This document shows, piece by piece, positions 29,264 to 39,205 of a DNA stretch of 64,000 bases (within the stretch, counting starts at the first letter, position 1; every line of letters begins with the position of its first letter). The notes beneath the pieces are model-generated. The model saw only the letters and a program-made list of their open reading frames with translations. It did not search any database and had not been told where the DNA came from. Origin of the DNA: a virus; IMG/VR virus record IMGVR_UViG_3300030107_001603, positions 3,637 to 67,636 of that record; one strand, written 5' to 3'. The position numbers were made by a program, and so were the translations under genes.

Positions 29264-29613
29264 AAAAATTAGATTTATCAAATATAGTATATATATTAAT
29301 AATTATTTTAATTTTTACAGCTTCTCAAGCTTTTGGTCAAATAACAGTTAAACACTTTAACGCGAATTGGAACGAAGCTAATGGTGTTGACTGGTTAATG
29401 GATTTAAAAGATTGTGGCACTAAAGGATATGTTGATATCGCTGAAGATACAGAAGCACAAACAAAATATAAAATAGCGGTGGTACCTACAATTATAATAT
29501 TTAAAGATGGAGAAGAAGTTGCTAGATTTCAAGCTGACTTAAGTTTTAAAATGGTAGCTACAAGAGAAGAGGTACAAGAAGAAATTGACAACCAACTGAT
29601 GAGTGATTTCTAA
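29260..29613 (+). CDS. Exported thioredoxin-fold protein without CxxC
   Basis: Signal peptide; 'HFNANW' in the place of FxAxWCxxC; 'YKIAVVPTIIIFKDGEEVARF'. Confidence 0.7.
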   Translation: MKKLDLSNIVYILIIILIFTASQAFGQITVKHFNANWNEANGVDWLMDLKDCGTKGYVDIAEDTEAQTKYKIAVVPTIIIFKDGEEVARFQADLSFKMVATREEVQEEIDNQLMSDF

Positions 29614-29828
29614 TGTGGGATTTATTTAAAGATAAAAACGAGATCAACGAAAAGAATATAATAGGATTTGCTTCTTTTATTCTTATGGTTATGTTTGCTT
29701 TAACAGATCTAATAACAGGTTTTTGTGGTCAAGAACTTGTAATAAACAATACAATATATAATTCTTTTGTTTTTGTAACATTAGGATGTTTCGGGATTAG
29801 TTCCTTTGAAAAAATTAAAAAACAATGA
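29613..29828 (+). CDS. Small two-TM membrane protein
   Basis: Two hydrophobic helices. Confidence 0.6.
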   Translation: MWDLFKDKNEINEKNIIGFASFILMVMFALTDLITGFCGQELVINNTIYNSFVFVTLGCFGISSFEKIKKQ

Positions 29829-32425
29829 AGAAAATTTTATTTTTATTATTATTACCTTTAATAAGTTTTAGTCAAACGATAAATACATTTCCATGGATTT
29901 ATGACTTTGAAAACGCTATAGGTTTAGAGCAAGACACAACTAATGATAGAGACTGGTGGTTAAATCAAGGCCCAACAAGTTCTCAATTAACAGGTCCGCA
30001 AGGAGATCACACGACAGGCGGTGGAATATATTATTATGCGGAAGCGTCAACCAGTGGTATAGGTTTTCCAAACCAAACGTTTATAGCGTACACTCCTACT
30101 TTTGATATATCACAAACTCCTGGCAAGGTTTTATCTTTCTGGTATCATATGGCTGGATCAACAATGGGAGATTTAGAAGCGGGTTATATAGATAGCAATG
30201 GATACACATCGTTAGGTATTATATCTGGTAACCAAGGTAATAACTGGAAATTTGCTTATTATCCTATAACTGCTGTTGATTCTTTTAAAATACAATTTAC
30301 AGCAACTACTGGTAGTTCTTTTTACAGTGATATATGTATAGACGATATAATGGTTAGTGATCCATTTACAGTTATATTCGGTTGTACAGACACCGTGTCT
30401 TCAAATTATGATTCTACAGCAACACATGATGATGGTAGTTGTATTTATTATTTTGGTTGTATTGATCCCACGGCTACTAATTACAATCCTTGGGCAAACG
30501 TAGATGATGGTAGTTGTGTTCAGAATGTTACCTGTGATTCTACAGAATCTTTAATTGATGTAGCTATAAAATTAGATAATTGGCCTAGTGAAACCTCTTG
30601 GGAAGTTGTTGCTGACGGTGTTGTTATTTACTCTGTTCCTTCTGGAACTTATGATTACACACAAACAGGACAAACTGTACACACACAAGTTTGTATACCG
30701 GTTGGAGATACTATAATATTTACAATTAACGATACTTATGGAGATGGAATTGGAGGAGGTTCTGTTGTAGGAGGTTGTTTAGTAACTAATATAGATTGTG
30801 AAGATACTATATTCTTGCTAAATCCACCAAACTTTGGATACACAGCATCGTCTAATCCTTATGTATCTGACATGTGTAGTAACGATACTATAATATACGG
30901 ATGTACTACTCCGTCTTATTTAGAATATGATTCGTTAGCAACAGTAGATGATGGTAGTTGTATGACATTAGCCACTTATGGTTGTACTGATCCAGCGGCT
31001 TTTAACTACGATCCAAATGCTGATAGAATATTGTTAACTTCTCCTTGTACTTATGATTTAATACTATACGACGATGGTGGAGATTCTTGGGGAGCTTGTT
31101 GGCTAGGTGTTGAACAAGGAGATTCCTTGTGGCAATTTAAAATAGATCAAAATGGAGTATATTCTGACACGTTTGCTTTAGAACTTAATTCTTATGATGA
31201 GGTATATTTTTACTACTTTGAAATACCTACGCCTCAACAGAACGCTCAACAATTAGATATACAAACAATACAAAACTCTTTTAAAGTAGAGAATTCTTTT
31301 GGAACTATAATACACGAAGGTAACAATCCTTGGCCTGGTCCAAATGAAAATAAATTAAGAAATTATAGAAGTGCTTTAGATATTTATGAAGCACAACCTT
31401 ATTGTGGAACCGAATGTATACCTGTAGTTATGGGTTGTATGGATACTCTGGCTTATAACTATAACAGCTTAGCAAACACTAATGACACATGTTATTATAA
31501 TCCTGGTTGTACAAATCCTGGTTATTTAGAATATTACACTCAAGGTTTTATTGCTGGAGTAGATGACGGAAGTTGTGTTACGTTAGCGGTATTCGGATGT
31601 ATGGATAGTACAGCGTTTAATTATGATACTACGGCTAATGTAGATAATGGTGGATGTGTTCCTGTTATATATGGATGTATGGAAAGTCTAGCTTTTAATT
31701 ATAATCCTAATGCTAATACTCCTGATACGTGTATAGCGTACTTATACGGTTGTACAGATCCTACAATGTTTAATTATAATCCATTAGCTAATACAGACGA
31801 TGGGAGTTGTATTGAGTTTGTATATGGATGTATGGATTCAACAATGTTTAATTTTAATCCTTTAGCAAATGCTCCTAGTAATCTCGTTCCTTGTATTCCT
31901 TATATTTATGGTTGTACTGACCCGAGTATGTCCAACTATAATTCAGAGGCTAATACAGAAGATTTCAGTTGTATACCATTTATTTACGGGTGTATGGATT
32001 CTACTGCTCTTAACTACGATTCAACTGCTAATACAGACAACGGTTCTTGTATCGAGATTGTTACAGGTTGTATGGACCAAGGCGCTTGGAACTACGATGT
32101 CTTGGCGAATGTCCACGATACTAGCTCTTGTCTTTACGACGCTGGTTGTATTACTGGTCCTGGTAATCCTTATTGGTTAAACGACCCTTGTTATGAATGG
32201 GTAATATTAGTAGATGATTATTGTTGTGAGAACGCTTGGGATACTATATGTCAATTAACTTATAATCATTGTGATGGAACTTGGTCAGGGCCATTGCCAA
32301 AAAGATTTAATAAAGAATTATTAATGGTTACCGATATATTAGGTAGACCAGCAAAACCAGGTAATAATAAAATATTGTTCTTTATATATAGTGATGGAAC
32401 AGTAGAAAAGAAATTAACAAAATGA
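29825..32425 (+). CDS. Secreted MAM-domain protein with GC(T/M)DxxAxNY repeats and T9SS-like C-terminal domain
   Basis: Signal peptide; MAM-like 'TGPQGDHTTGGG.YYY.EAS...LSFWYHM...DICIDDI'; more than ten Cys repeats; C-terminus 'VTDILGR...IYSDGTVEKK'. Confidence 0.75.
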   Translation: MKKILFLLLLPLISFSQTINTFPWIYDFENAIGLEQDTTNDRDWWLNQGPTSSQLTGPQGDHTTGGGIYYYAEASTSGIGFPNQTFIAYTPTFDISQTPGKVLSFWYHMAGSTMGDLEAGYIDSNGYTSLGIISGNQGNNWKFAYYPITAVDSFKIQFTATTGSSFYSDICIDDIMVSDPFTVIFGCTDTVSSNYDSTATHDDGSCIYYFGCIDPTATNYNPWANVDDGSCVQNVTCDSTESLIDVAIKLDNWPSETSWEVVADGVVIYSVPSGTYDYTQTGQTVHTQVCIPVGDTIIFTINDTYGDGIGGGSVVGGCLVTNIDCEDTIFLLNPPNFGYTASSNPYVSDMCSNDTIIYGCTTPSYLEYDSLATVDDGSCMTLATYGCTDPAAFNYDPNADRILLTSPCTYDLILYDDGGDSWGACWLGVEQGDSLWQFKIDQNGVYSDTFALELNSYDEVYFYYFEIPTPQQNAQQLDIQTIQNSFKVENSFGTIIHEGNNPWPGPNENKLRNYRSALDIYEAQPYCGTECIPVVMGCMDTLAYNYNSLANTNDTCYYNPGCTNPGYLEYYTQGFIAGVDDGSCVTLAVFGCMDSTAFNYDTTANVDNGGCVPVIYGCMESLAFNYNPNANTPDTCIAYLYGCTDPTMFNYNPLANTDDGSCIEFVYGCMDSTMFNFNPLANAPSNLVPCIPYIYGCTDPSMSNYNSEANTEDFSCIPFIYGCMDSTALNYDSTANTDNGSCIEIVTGCMDQGAWNYDVLANVHDTSSCLYDAGCITGPGNPYWLNDPCYEWVILVDDYCCENAWDTICQLTYNHCDGTWSGPLPKRFNKELLMVTDILGRPAKPGNNKILFFIYSDGTVEKKLTK

Positions 32426-33540
32426 AAAAATTACTACTACTATTACTAATTACTTTAATGTCTTGCGCTGCTACAAAAACTTGTTGTGGGCAATTCAGTT
32501 ATAAAGGTTACGAATATAATATTGAAGATATTTTAAAAAATCAATTAAAGTTTTCTACTATATATGGAGCTGTAAATGGAGGTACATCTATATCTGATAT
32601 TAAACAATTTTCAGTTATAGACGGATTACAAACATCAATGATAGAAACTCCTTATGATTATTCTTTTACTTTAGGTATAAGAAAAATCGCAAGATTTGGA
32701 TATGAAAATAAAGCTAATACTTTTTATGATGGTACAGAGTCTAATTATACAGACGCTGCCACAGTTGGTAAAGTACAAGGTTTTGAATATTTATTTGAAA
32801 TAGATTACGCTAGACAACAAGGTTTAGATTATATAGATCAACACCATTTTATCAGATATAGTTCTGACGATAATTGTGATGGTCCTTTATGTATAGATCA
32901 TTTTGCTGCTAAAGTAGAATATTTAAAAGATGGTTTCGCTGATGTAGAGTATTTCGAGTTATCAGAAAGGTATAGATACAAGAAAGACAAAAACTTAGCG
33001 TTCAGTATAGGTGCTGCGCATAGATTAGCAGAACCATACGGTTATGATCCGCTAGAAGAATGGGTCTTGGATAATGGTAATTTACATTACACTTACTTAG
33101 CAATACAAGAAGGTTACACTATTGATGTTGCAAACAGTGAGTATAAAGATCCAAGCGGAAACACCGTTGCTAACAGTGCTGACGTTTGGAAAGAGGTTGT
33201 TATACCACAAGTGCTAGCAGATTACACTACTAGAAAAAGAAACGAATTAAATAGAGTTATACAACACTCGTTGGTAGTAGGTTTTGATTATTATAAATAT
33301 AGCAAAAACTATTGGTTGCACGCATGGGGTAATTTACTGCCTTACCATTATGATGACGGTGGTGAATTTTCTTACCACAAGTATAACAATAGCGAACAAT
33401 GGTATGATTATTCCGGTGGAGTTGTATTTGGTAGAAAACTAGACAAACAATTAGGTGTATTTGCAGAAGGTAAATACAGTAAATATTGGAATAGAGAGTG
33501 GTATGATTTTAAATTTGGTGTTAACTATATAATAAGATAA
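32422..33540 (+). CDS. Putative outer-membrane beta-barrel / lipoprotein
   Basis: Signal peptide with 'LMSC'; aromatic-rich strands; C-terminal 'YDFKFGVNYIIR'. Confidence 0.55.
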   Translation: MKKLLLLLLITLMSCAATKTCCGQFSYKGYEYNIEDILKNQLKFSTIYGAVNGGTSISDIKQFSVIDGLQTSMIETPYDYSFTLGIRKIARFGYENKANTFYDGTESNYTDAATVGKVQGFEYLFEIDYARQQGLDYIDQHHFIRYSSDDNCDGPLCIDHFAAKVEYLKDGFADVEYFELSERYRYKKDKNLAFSIGAAHRLAEPYGYDPLEEWVLDNGNLHYTYLAIQEGYTIDVANSEYKDPSGNTVANSADVWKEVVIPQVLADYTTRKRNELNRVIQHSLVVGFDYYKYSKNYWLHAWGNLLPYHYDDGGEFSYHKYNNSEQWYDYSGGVVFGRKLDKQLGVFAEGKYSKYWNREWYDFKFGVNYIIR

Positions 33541-33908
33541 TGTATACTTATAAAATGTCTCCATTAAAAGTGGTAGACGGAGATACTATTGATGCTGAAA
33601 TCGATTTAGGTTTTGATATCAAAGTAAAAAAAAGAGTTAGATTTATGGGGATAAACGCTCCAGAATCTAGAACTAAAGATTTAGAAGAAAAAGCTAGAGG
33701 TTTAGCAGCTAAAGATAGAGTAAAACAACTATTAGATGGTTGTGAAAATTTACAGTTAAAATCTCATGGTGTAGGTAAGTTCGGTAGATGTTTAGGAGAA
33801 ATTATGCTAGACATGGTAGACGGGCAAGAGAAATTAACCTTAGTAAGTTTAAACGAATTATTAATTAACGAAGGCCATGCTACAAAATATGATGGCGGAA
33901 AAAGATAA
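33540..33908 (+). CDS. Thermonuclease (SNase-like)
   Basis: 'VVDGDTID...VRFMGINAPESRT...GKFGRCLG...LNELLINEGHA'. Confidence 0.85.
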   Translation: MYTYKMSPLKVVDGDTIDAEIDLGFDIKVKKRVRFMGINAPESRTKDLEEKARGLAAKDRVKQLLDGCENLQLKSHGVGKFGRCLGEIMLDMVDGQEKLTLVSLNELLINEGHATKYDGGKR

Positions 33909-33911
33909 ATT

Positions 33912-34085
33912 ATGATAAATTGGATAAACGGTTTTAATGCCGGTAATAAAAAAGAAAAATACGAAATAACTTTTAGATTAGGTACATTTACAGTTTTAGA
34001 AATTAAAGCTTGTTTGTTCTGTGAAAAAGGATGTACTTCTAAAAGATTTAGATTTATGATACTGAATTTAGGGTTTGAAATATAA
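33912..34085 (+). CDS. Small hypothetical protein (57 aa, not in ORF track)
   Basis: Manual translation MINWINGFNAGNKKEKYEITFRLG...LGFEI*; fills the gap between neighbours. Confidence 0.55.
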   Translation: MINWINGFNAGNKKEKYEITFRLGTFTVLEIKACLFCEKGCTSKRFRFMILNLGFEI

Positions 34086-34779
34086 TCCTTTAAGTAGGGA
34101 ATTTTTAATCAACAGAGGATGGTGTTGTGATAACAACTGTATTAACTGTCCTTATAAAAATAAAAGAATGAAATATACTAGAGAACAGATAAAAGACACT
34201 GTAGAAGGTTTAGGATATAAATACTTCACAGGAGATAATTATGATGTAAATATTATTGGTATTAGAAATTCTGATACTAATGGTAAAGTTACAAATAAAT
34301 TTGATGATATAATAACTATATCGTTTAAAGATGAAAATGGAGATTGGCAATATTATGAGTATGTTTGTACTACAGATCCAGGAGATGATTGGATGGAGAA
34401 TCCTTGGATAGAAGAAAAAGGTTGTGCTGTATTAAAACCTGGTCAATATAGAGGATCTCATAAACTAAGATTACATAGTGGTAGATATTTAGCTTTAGGA
34501 CAAAAGAAGCCTGTAACAGTTTATAGAGACAATAATAGAAATGATCAATATGAATTCGACGAATCAACTTGTGACACAGGAGTGTTCGGAATTAATATAC
34601 ATAGAGCAACAGCTTTAGAAGGTAAGACTTCTACATATGTAAACAAATGGAGTGCTGGATGTCAAGTAATAGCTTCTAACGACGATTGGATGGAGTTCCT
34701 AGGTATATGTCAAGAAGCTAGAGAACATTGGGGTAATTCATTTTCATACACATTAATAGAAAGTAAAGATATAAAATAA
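34075..34779 (+). CDS. Putative endolysin (L,D-transpeptidase-like Cys peptidase); alternative ATG at 34168
   Basis: 'GINIHRA...WSAGCQV' His/Cys motif; in-frame N-terminal 'RGWCCDNNCINCPY'. Confidence 0.55.
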   Translation: MKYNPLSREFLINRGWCCDNNCINCPYKNKRMKYTREQIKDTVEGLGYKYFTGDNYDVNIIGIRNSDTNGKVTNKFDDIITISFKDENGDWQYYEYVCTTDPGDDWMENPWIEEKGCAVLKPGQYRGSHKLRLHSGRYLALGQKKPVTVYRDNNRNDQYEFDESTCDTGVFGINIHRATALEGKTSTYVNKWSAGCQVIASNDDWMEFLGICQEAREHWGNSFSYTLIESKDIK

Positions 34780-34819
34780 CTATAGTAAAACAATTAATTA
34801 ATTAAAAAAAAAGAAAATT

Positions 34820-35236
34820 ATGGCAACAACGACAGCGACTTTAACGCTAACAAGTACTGACTTGCTGACAGATTCATTATCGCTGTCGGCTACGCAGACG
34901 TTGTACAAAGCAGGTACAACAACGGGATTGGACAGTATCCAATACGAAAGATTAGAAGTTCCAACTGGTGACGTTTACGATCTATTAGACGCTACTTCCG
35001 CAGGGGCAAATAAAGCTAACAAGGTTTATATAGCTAACAAACATACAGATGCTACTAAATATGTAGATATTTATATAGCAACTCTTTTAATTGGTAGGTT
35101 ATATGCTGGTGACTGGGCTTTCTTTCCTTTAGAAGCGGCCGCGGCTACACAAGACGTAGGTATCGAGGCTATTTCAGCTGCTCAAGTGGTTGAATTTGCT
35201 TTAATTCACGAGGGTAAAACACTAGTAGCATCATAG
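34820..35236 (+). CDS. Putative structural protein (paralog A)
   Basis: 'MATTTATLTLTSTD...KVYI.N...GRLYAGDW' shared with the next ORF. Confidence 0.55.
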   Translation: MATTTATLTLTSTDLLTDSLSLSATQTLYKAGTTTGLDSIQYERLEVPTGDVYDLLDATSAGANKANKVYIANKHTDATKYVDIYIATLLIGRLYAGDWAFFPLEAAAATQDVGIEAISAAQVVEFALIHEGKTLVAS

Positions 35237-35260
35237 TATTAATATAAAAAATAAATAAAA

Positions 35261-35743
35261 ATGGCGACAACAACAGCACAAATAACATTAACTAGTACAG
35301 ACATAGCTGATAACGCATTATCTGTTTCTAATACGATGACGCTTACTACAGCAGGAACTGAAACTGGTTTAACAGAAACAACTGGATTAGCTAGAAAAAC
35401 AATAGCTAGTGCTAGTTTAACGGATTTAATAACTTTAAATAGCTTTCAAGATATTACAGCTCTAAAATCAGCTAAAGTATATATTAAAAATACAAGTACA
35501 GCTTCAGATAAATATGCTTTAATAGGTATTGGAAACTCTAGCGGAACACCTATATATGTAGGTAGGTTATATGGAGGAGATTGGATGCTTCTTCCTTGGT
35601 TAGCCTTACCAACTGATGGAGATGGTTTCGCGGCTTCTGTATCAGATGGTGGAACTTATGGTCACGCAGATAATCAAGATATAACTATTACAATGAGTGA
35701 TTCAACCGCGACAGTTATTGAGTATATGGTATTCTTTGAATAA
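35261..35743 (+). CDS. Putative structural protein (paralog B)
   Basis: 'MATTTAQITLTSTD...KVYIKN...GRLYGGDW'. Confidence 0.55.
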   Translation: MATTTAQITLTSTDIADNALSVSNTMTLTTAGTETGLTETTGLARKTIASASLTDLITLNSFQDITALKSAKVYIKNTSTASDKYALIGIGNSSGTPIYVGRLYGGDWMLLPWLALPTDGDGFAASVSDGGTYGHADNQDITITMSDSTATVIEYMVFFE

Positions 35744-35756
35744 GAATGTTTAGTAT

Positions 35757-35795
35757 AAAAAAAAGGGATAACCGTAATTGGCTATCCCTTTTTTT
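35757..35795. terminator. Bidirectional terminator between convergent arms
   Basis: A8-GGGATAACC-GTAATT-GGCTATCCC-T7. Confidence 0.85.
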
Positions 35796-35811
35796 ATTTA
35801 GTTAACTATTG

Positions 35812-36012
35812 TTAAGCTAAAACAGAATTTTTTTGATTCTGAACTTCTTTTCTAACATCTTGTGCTAGATTTTTAATATTCTGCATACACTTTCTAACCC
35901 GCGTTCCTGCGGAATTGTTACCTTCAACAAACTTTTCTGAATCAACAGCAGCTGCCATAAATTCTTTCTCCATTTGTTGCAATAATTTAATTACATTGTT
36001 TTCTCCGTACAT
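35812..36012 (-). CDS. Histone H1-like (Hc1 family) protein
   Basis: 'EKFVEGNNSAGTRVRKCMQNIKNLAQDVRKEV' matches the Bacteroidota Hc1-like signature. Confidence 0.7.
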   Translation of the reverse strand: MYGENNVIKLLQQMEKEFMAAAVDSEKFVEGNNSAGTRVRKCMQNIKNLAQDVRKEVQNQKNSVLA

Positions 36013-36022
36013 ATTTATTTAT

Positions 36023-36421
36023 TTAAAATTTATAAGATAATCCTAGTTTAAACTCTCCTTCTGAATCTTCTTTTGTAGACATCATGTAGTTTGGCTCTAC
36101 ATATAATTCGTTCCAAACCTTCATAGTATAACCTACTCCAAAAGTCATGTTGTCCATCATTTCATCAGTTGGAGCTTGTACAACCGCGTAGCAGTTACTA
36201 AAATAGTATCTACCCCACATATCGTACTCTTCACCATTCTTTACAAGACCTAAAGTAATGTTATCATTTAACATATACCCAATTCCCATATTATCGGTGA
36301 TGTTTGACATTTCCCACTCTGCGTCATCCTCTGGCATATTTATAGTTGTTACAGCCATAAACTGTGCAGAGCATAAAATTGTAGCAAGAGCAAAACTTGC
36401 CGTTAAAAATAGTTTTTTCAT
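36023..36421 (-). CDS. Small outer-membrane beta-barrel protein
   Basis: Signal peptide; amphipathic strands; C-terminal 'LGLSYKF' beta-signal. Confidence 0.7.
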   Translation of the reverse strand: MKKLFLTASFALATILCSAQFMAVTTINMPEDDAEWEMSNITDNMGIGYMLNDNITLGLVKNGEEYDMWGRYYFSNCYAVVQAPTDEMMDNMTFGVGYTMKVWNELYVEPNYMMSTKEDSEGEFKLGLSYKF

Positions 36422-36442
36422 AATTTTGTTTTTAGTTAATAA

Positions 36443-38308
36443 TTAAGTTACTTCACAATTTCCACCCGCACAAGCTAATTCACCTGATAGATCCGTGTTG
36501 TCTTCTAATTCTACAACTTTAGATAAATCTACATCGTGCAAGGTTTTAGTCATGTCATCATATTTTTGTTTTGTTGTATCCTCAAATGGAGCTTGTACGT
36601 AAGTACCTCCGTCATAAGGTAGAACAGACAAACCGTTATAATGATTACGGTTTTCCCACATCCATTCTCCAGCTTTTTCCCATTCATTTTCTTTTAAAGA
36701 TACTGTAGCTGAAACGTTATGAGAGTTTGAACCGGTCTTATGACCAGGTTTAACCCATTCGGTTGCTACTTTTTTAATTCTCTCTAATAAGTCCATAAAC
36801 TTTTCAGTTCTAATAATAGAACCTTTTGGAGCTTTTTGTGGAATACTAATCACAGCTGTATCATGCGGTCTGAAGTAATCATCTTCTAGCAATTCAGGGT
36901 GATTAATTTTTAGATAAGTATATATAGCTTCGTTTTTACCAACACGAAGTCTACGTATATAATATCTATTGTGCCAAGCGTGTATACCTGATGAAGTCCC
37001 TAAAACTAAGGATGTTGTTCCTGCTGGTTTAACTGTTGTTGCTCTAGCGGCAGGTTTAATACCTATAGTCTTAGATACCATTCGATTCATCATCTTTACA
37101 TGATCAGCAGCTTCATTCATATTTAGTTTAAGAACCTTGCCAGAGGCTATACCTGTCATTGACACTCCTATAAGAGCGTCTTTTTCAGTGGTCTCTTGCC
37201 AAACTTCTCTTAAATAATGAAACTCTGTATAACCAGCTTGTAACGTTCCTATAAAAGCAGCTGCAGTGACTCTATTGTTTAACTCATCTTGAGTCTCTAC
37301 ATCAGAAACATTTACTTCGCATAAGTTACAAAATTGGAATGGACGTAATGCTATTTCACAACAGGGATTAGTCCCCCAATCTTTATCGTTATTAAAATAT
37401 ATACCAGGTTCACCAGAACCAGATAGCTCTATACGTTTCCATAAGTCCATAAAAAACTCTTTAGTTATTTTATGTCTCATAAGTACCGCTGAGTTATTAG
37501 CTCTACCTCTTTGTGGGTTTGTTTCCCACCAAGATCCAGATTTAGCAGATATCATTTCTTCATCATACGCGGAAAACAGCGATATAAGAGCTGCTCTACG
37601 AATACCGCCTGCGAGTACGGCATCAGCGATATGACAAACGATATCATGTACTTCAAGGGACGATAATTTTTCTCCATCTTTTTTTGCATCTAATATTCCT
37701 TTGATTTTTACTAAACATTCTCTCAGTGGTTGCGGTCCAGGTGCTTTTCCTCCAGAGGTCACAAGACGTGCTCCCTTAGGCCTAATATCCGAATAATCAA
37801 ATTTGATCTTAGATGATCTCTTAGAGCCCAAATAAGACTTGATTAAAACTTTTATTGCATCTGACCAACCCTCAATGCTATCACCAATAACAAACCTACG
37901 TTTTCTAACGTTGTGTGGTTTGATTATTTCTGGTAATTTTTTTATATTATGTAATTGGACTGAGTAACCCACGCCACAACCAGAAAGAAGTAAAAACATG
38001 CACTCACTAAAGCTATCAATATGATCAATAGGTAGGTAAGCGCAGTTGTATAATCTATTTGGAGAGATTTCAATTGGTTTACCACCAAATTGAAGACTAC
38101 GCATAGACGGTAAAACTTTCTTTTCATAAACATATTTGTAATAGGTATTTATATCATTTTCTAAACTTGGGTATTTACGAATGTGCATTGCTTTATTACG
38201 GTCAACCAACTCTTCCCAAGTTTCTCTTCGTTGTAACTCAGGAATAAACTTTGCATATTTCATATGCACTGTAATATCCGAGAGTATTTCGTTGTTTAAC
38301 TCGCTCAT
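36443..38308 (-). CDS. nrdJ: Class II (adenosylcobalamin-dependent) ribonucleotide reductase
   Basis: 'TNPCCEI', 'TTVKPAGT', C-terminal 'ACAGGNCE'; no beta-subunit gene. Confidence 0.9.
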   Translation of the reverse strand: MSELNNEILSDITVHMKYAKFIPELQRRETWEELVDRNKAMHIRKYPSLENDINTYYKYVYEKKVLPSMRSLQFGGKPIEISPNRLYNCAYLPIDHIDSFSECMFLLLSGCGVGYSVQLHNIKKLPEIIKPHNVRKRRFVIGDSIEGWSDAIKVLIKSYLGSKRSSKIKFDYSDIRPKGARLVTSGGKAPGPQPLRECLVKIKGILDAKKDGEKLSSLEVHDIVCHIADAVLAGGIRRAALISLFSAYDEEMISAKSGSWWETNPQRGRANNSAVLMRHKITKEFFMDLWKRIELSGSGEPGIYFNNDKDWGTNPCCEIALRPFQFCNLCEVNVSDVETQDELNNRVTAAAFIGTLQAGYTEFHYLREVWQETTEKDALIGVSMTGIASGKVLKLNMNEAADHVKMMNRMVSKTIGIKPAARATTVKPAGTTSLVLGTSSGIHAWHNRYYIRRLRVGKNEAIYTYLKINHPELLEDDYFRPHDTAVISIPQKAPKGSIIRTEKFMDLLERIKKVATEWVKPGHKTGSNSHNVSATVSLKENEWEKAGEWMWENRNHYNGLSVLPYDGGTYVQAPFEDTTKQKYDDMTKTLHDVDLSKVVELEDNTDLSGELACAGGNCEVT

Positions 38309-38454
38309 TATTTATTAAGTGTTAGGCATGCATCCACGAATGGTAGATATAATACGTGATTTGTTTTCTTTCTTTCATCGTAAGATCTAAATCCTACGCA
38401 TATACCTGGGTAAAACCCAAAGCTTAATTCCCATTTATTTTTTATTTTTGCCAT
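38308..38454 (-). CDS. Small hypothetical protein (48 aa, not in ORF track)
   Basis: MAKIKNKWELSFGFYPG...LTLNK*; TAATG overlap with the nrdJ start. Confidence 0.55.
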   Translation of the reverse strand: MAKIKNKWELSFGFYPGICVGFRSYDERKKTNHVLYLPFVDACLTLNK

Positions 38455-38926
38455 TTGATTTATTTTTATTTATTATTAATTCTACTACTTGATCACATTC
38501 CTTTTGGTTCTGAGGTTTATATAAAGTCACATGTTTAAGATGCTCTTTTACATACTTTTTAAACATTTTCCAACGTATTGGGAAACTTTCATTTGCTCTT
38601 CCTTTACATTCTATTATAAATGAATCACTTACAAAATCAGGTGTATACTTAATATTCAAAATCTTTTTTTGACCTCTATTAACCATATCACCCTTTCCAT
38701 TAGATTGGCGTTCGTAAGAATCTACGTTAAACATAAATCCTTCTTGTAATTCAAATACAGCTCCTTCATATACAGCGTGTATCTTAGCTTTCTTTAGAGC
38801 TATATACATATATTTCTCAAGACCTGAGGCGAAAGTTATCCCATCAAAAGTAACTTTCTTACTTCTGACAGGACCTTTCTTTCTTTTAAAACGTTTCTTC
38901 ATATCTATCGTCTTTGAATTTTTCAA
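38435..38926 (-). CDS. PD-(D/E)XK endonuclease, T7 endonuclease I-like resolvase
   Basis: 'FASGLE...YTPDF...IIECKG'. Confidence 0.75.
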   Translation of the reverse strand: MKNSKTIDMKKRFKRKKGPVRSKKVTFDGITFASGLEKYMYIALKKAKIHAVYEGAVFELQEGFMFNVDSYERQSNGKGDMVNRGQKKILNIKYTPDFVSDSFIIECKGRANESFPIRWKMFKKYVKEHLKHVTLYKPQNQKECDQVVELIINKNKSNGKNKK

Positions 38927-39203
38927 TTAAAGATTCTTCCGATAAATCTTGAAGCTCGTCTCTTGCTGCTTGTATATATAATATAGCATCCATAAGTTCT
39001 TCTTGAACGTCGTTAAGATATTTTTGAAGACCTTTCATTTTAAGTCTACGTTCGTCATCTAATGTTGAGCCATATTTAGCGTAACCAACGTCAGAACGTT
39101 TAACGAATTTATCAACAACGCTTCTAACTACAGGATCTCTAAATCCATATTCTTTTCTTGAAGTGACACCATTTCTAGCGTCCATAATTTCTCTATCGCT
39201 CAT
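38886..39203 (-). CDS. All-alpha nucleotide pyrophosphatase-like protein
   Basis: 'GYAKYGSTL...QEELMDAILY' acidic helix; within the nucleotide cluster. Confidence 0.45.
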   Translation of the reverse strand: MSDREIMDARNGVTSRKEYGFRDPVVRSVVDKFVKRSDVGYAKYGSTLDDERRLKMKGLQKYLNDVQEELMDAILYIQAARDELQDLSEESLIEKFKDDRYEETF

Positions 39204-39205
39204 AA

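Noticed and set aside
30370-32150. Nucleotide repeats as a diversity-generating retroelement or array
   Set aside because: They are protein-level GCxD repeats with synonymous divergence; no reverse transcriptase or adenine-specific TR/VR pair was seen
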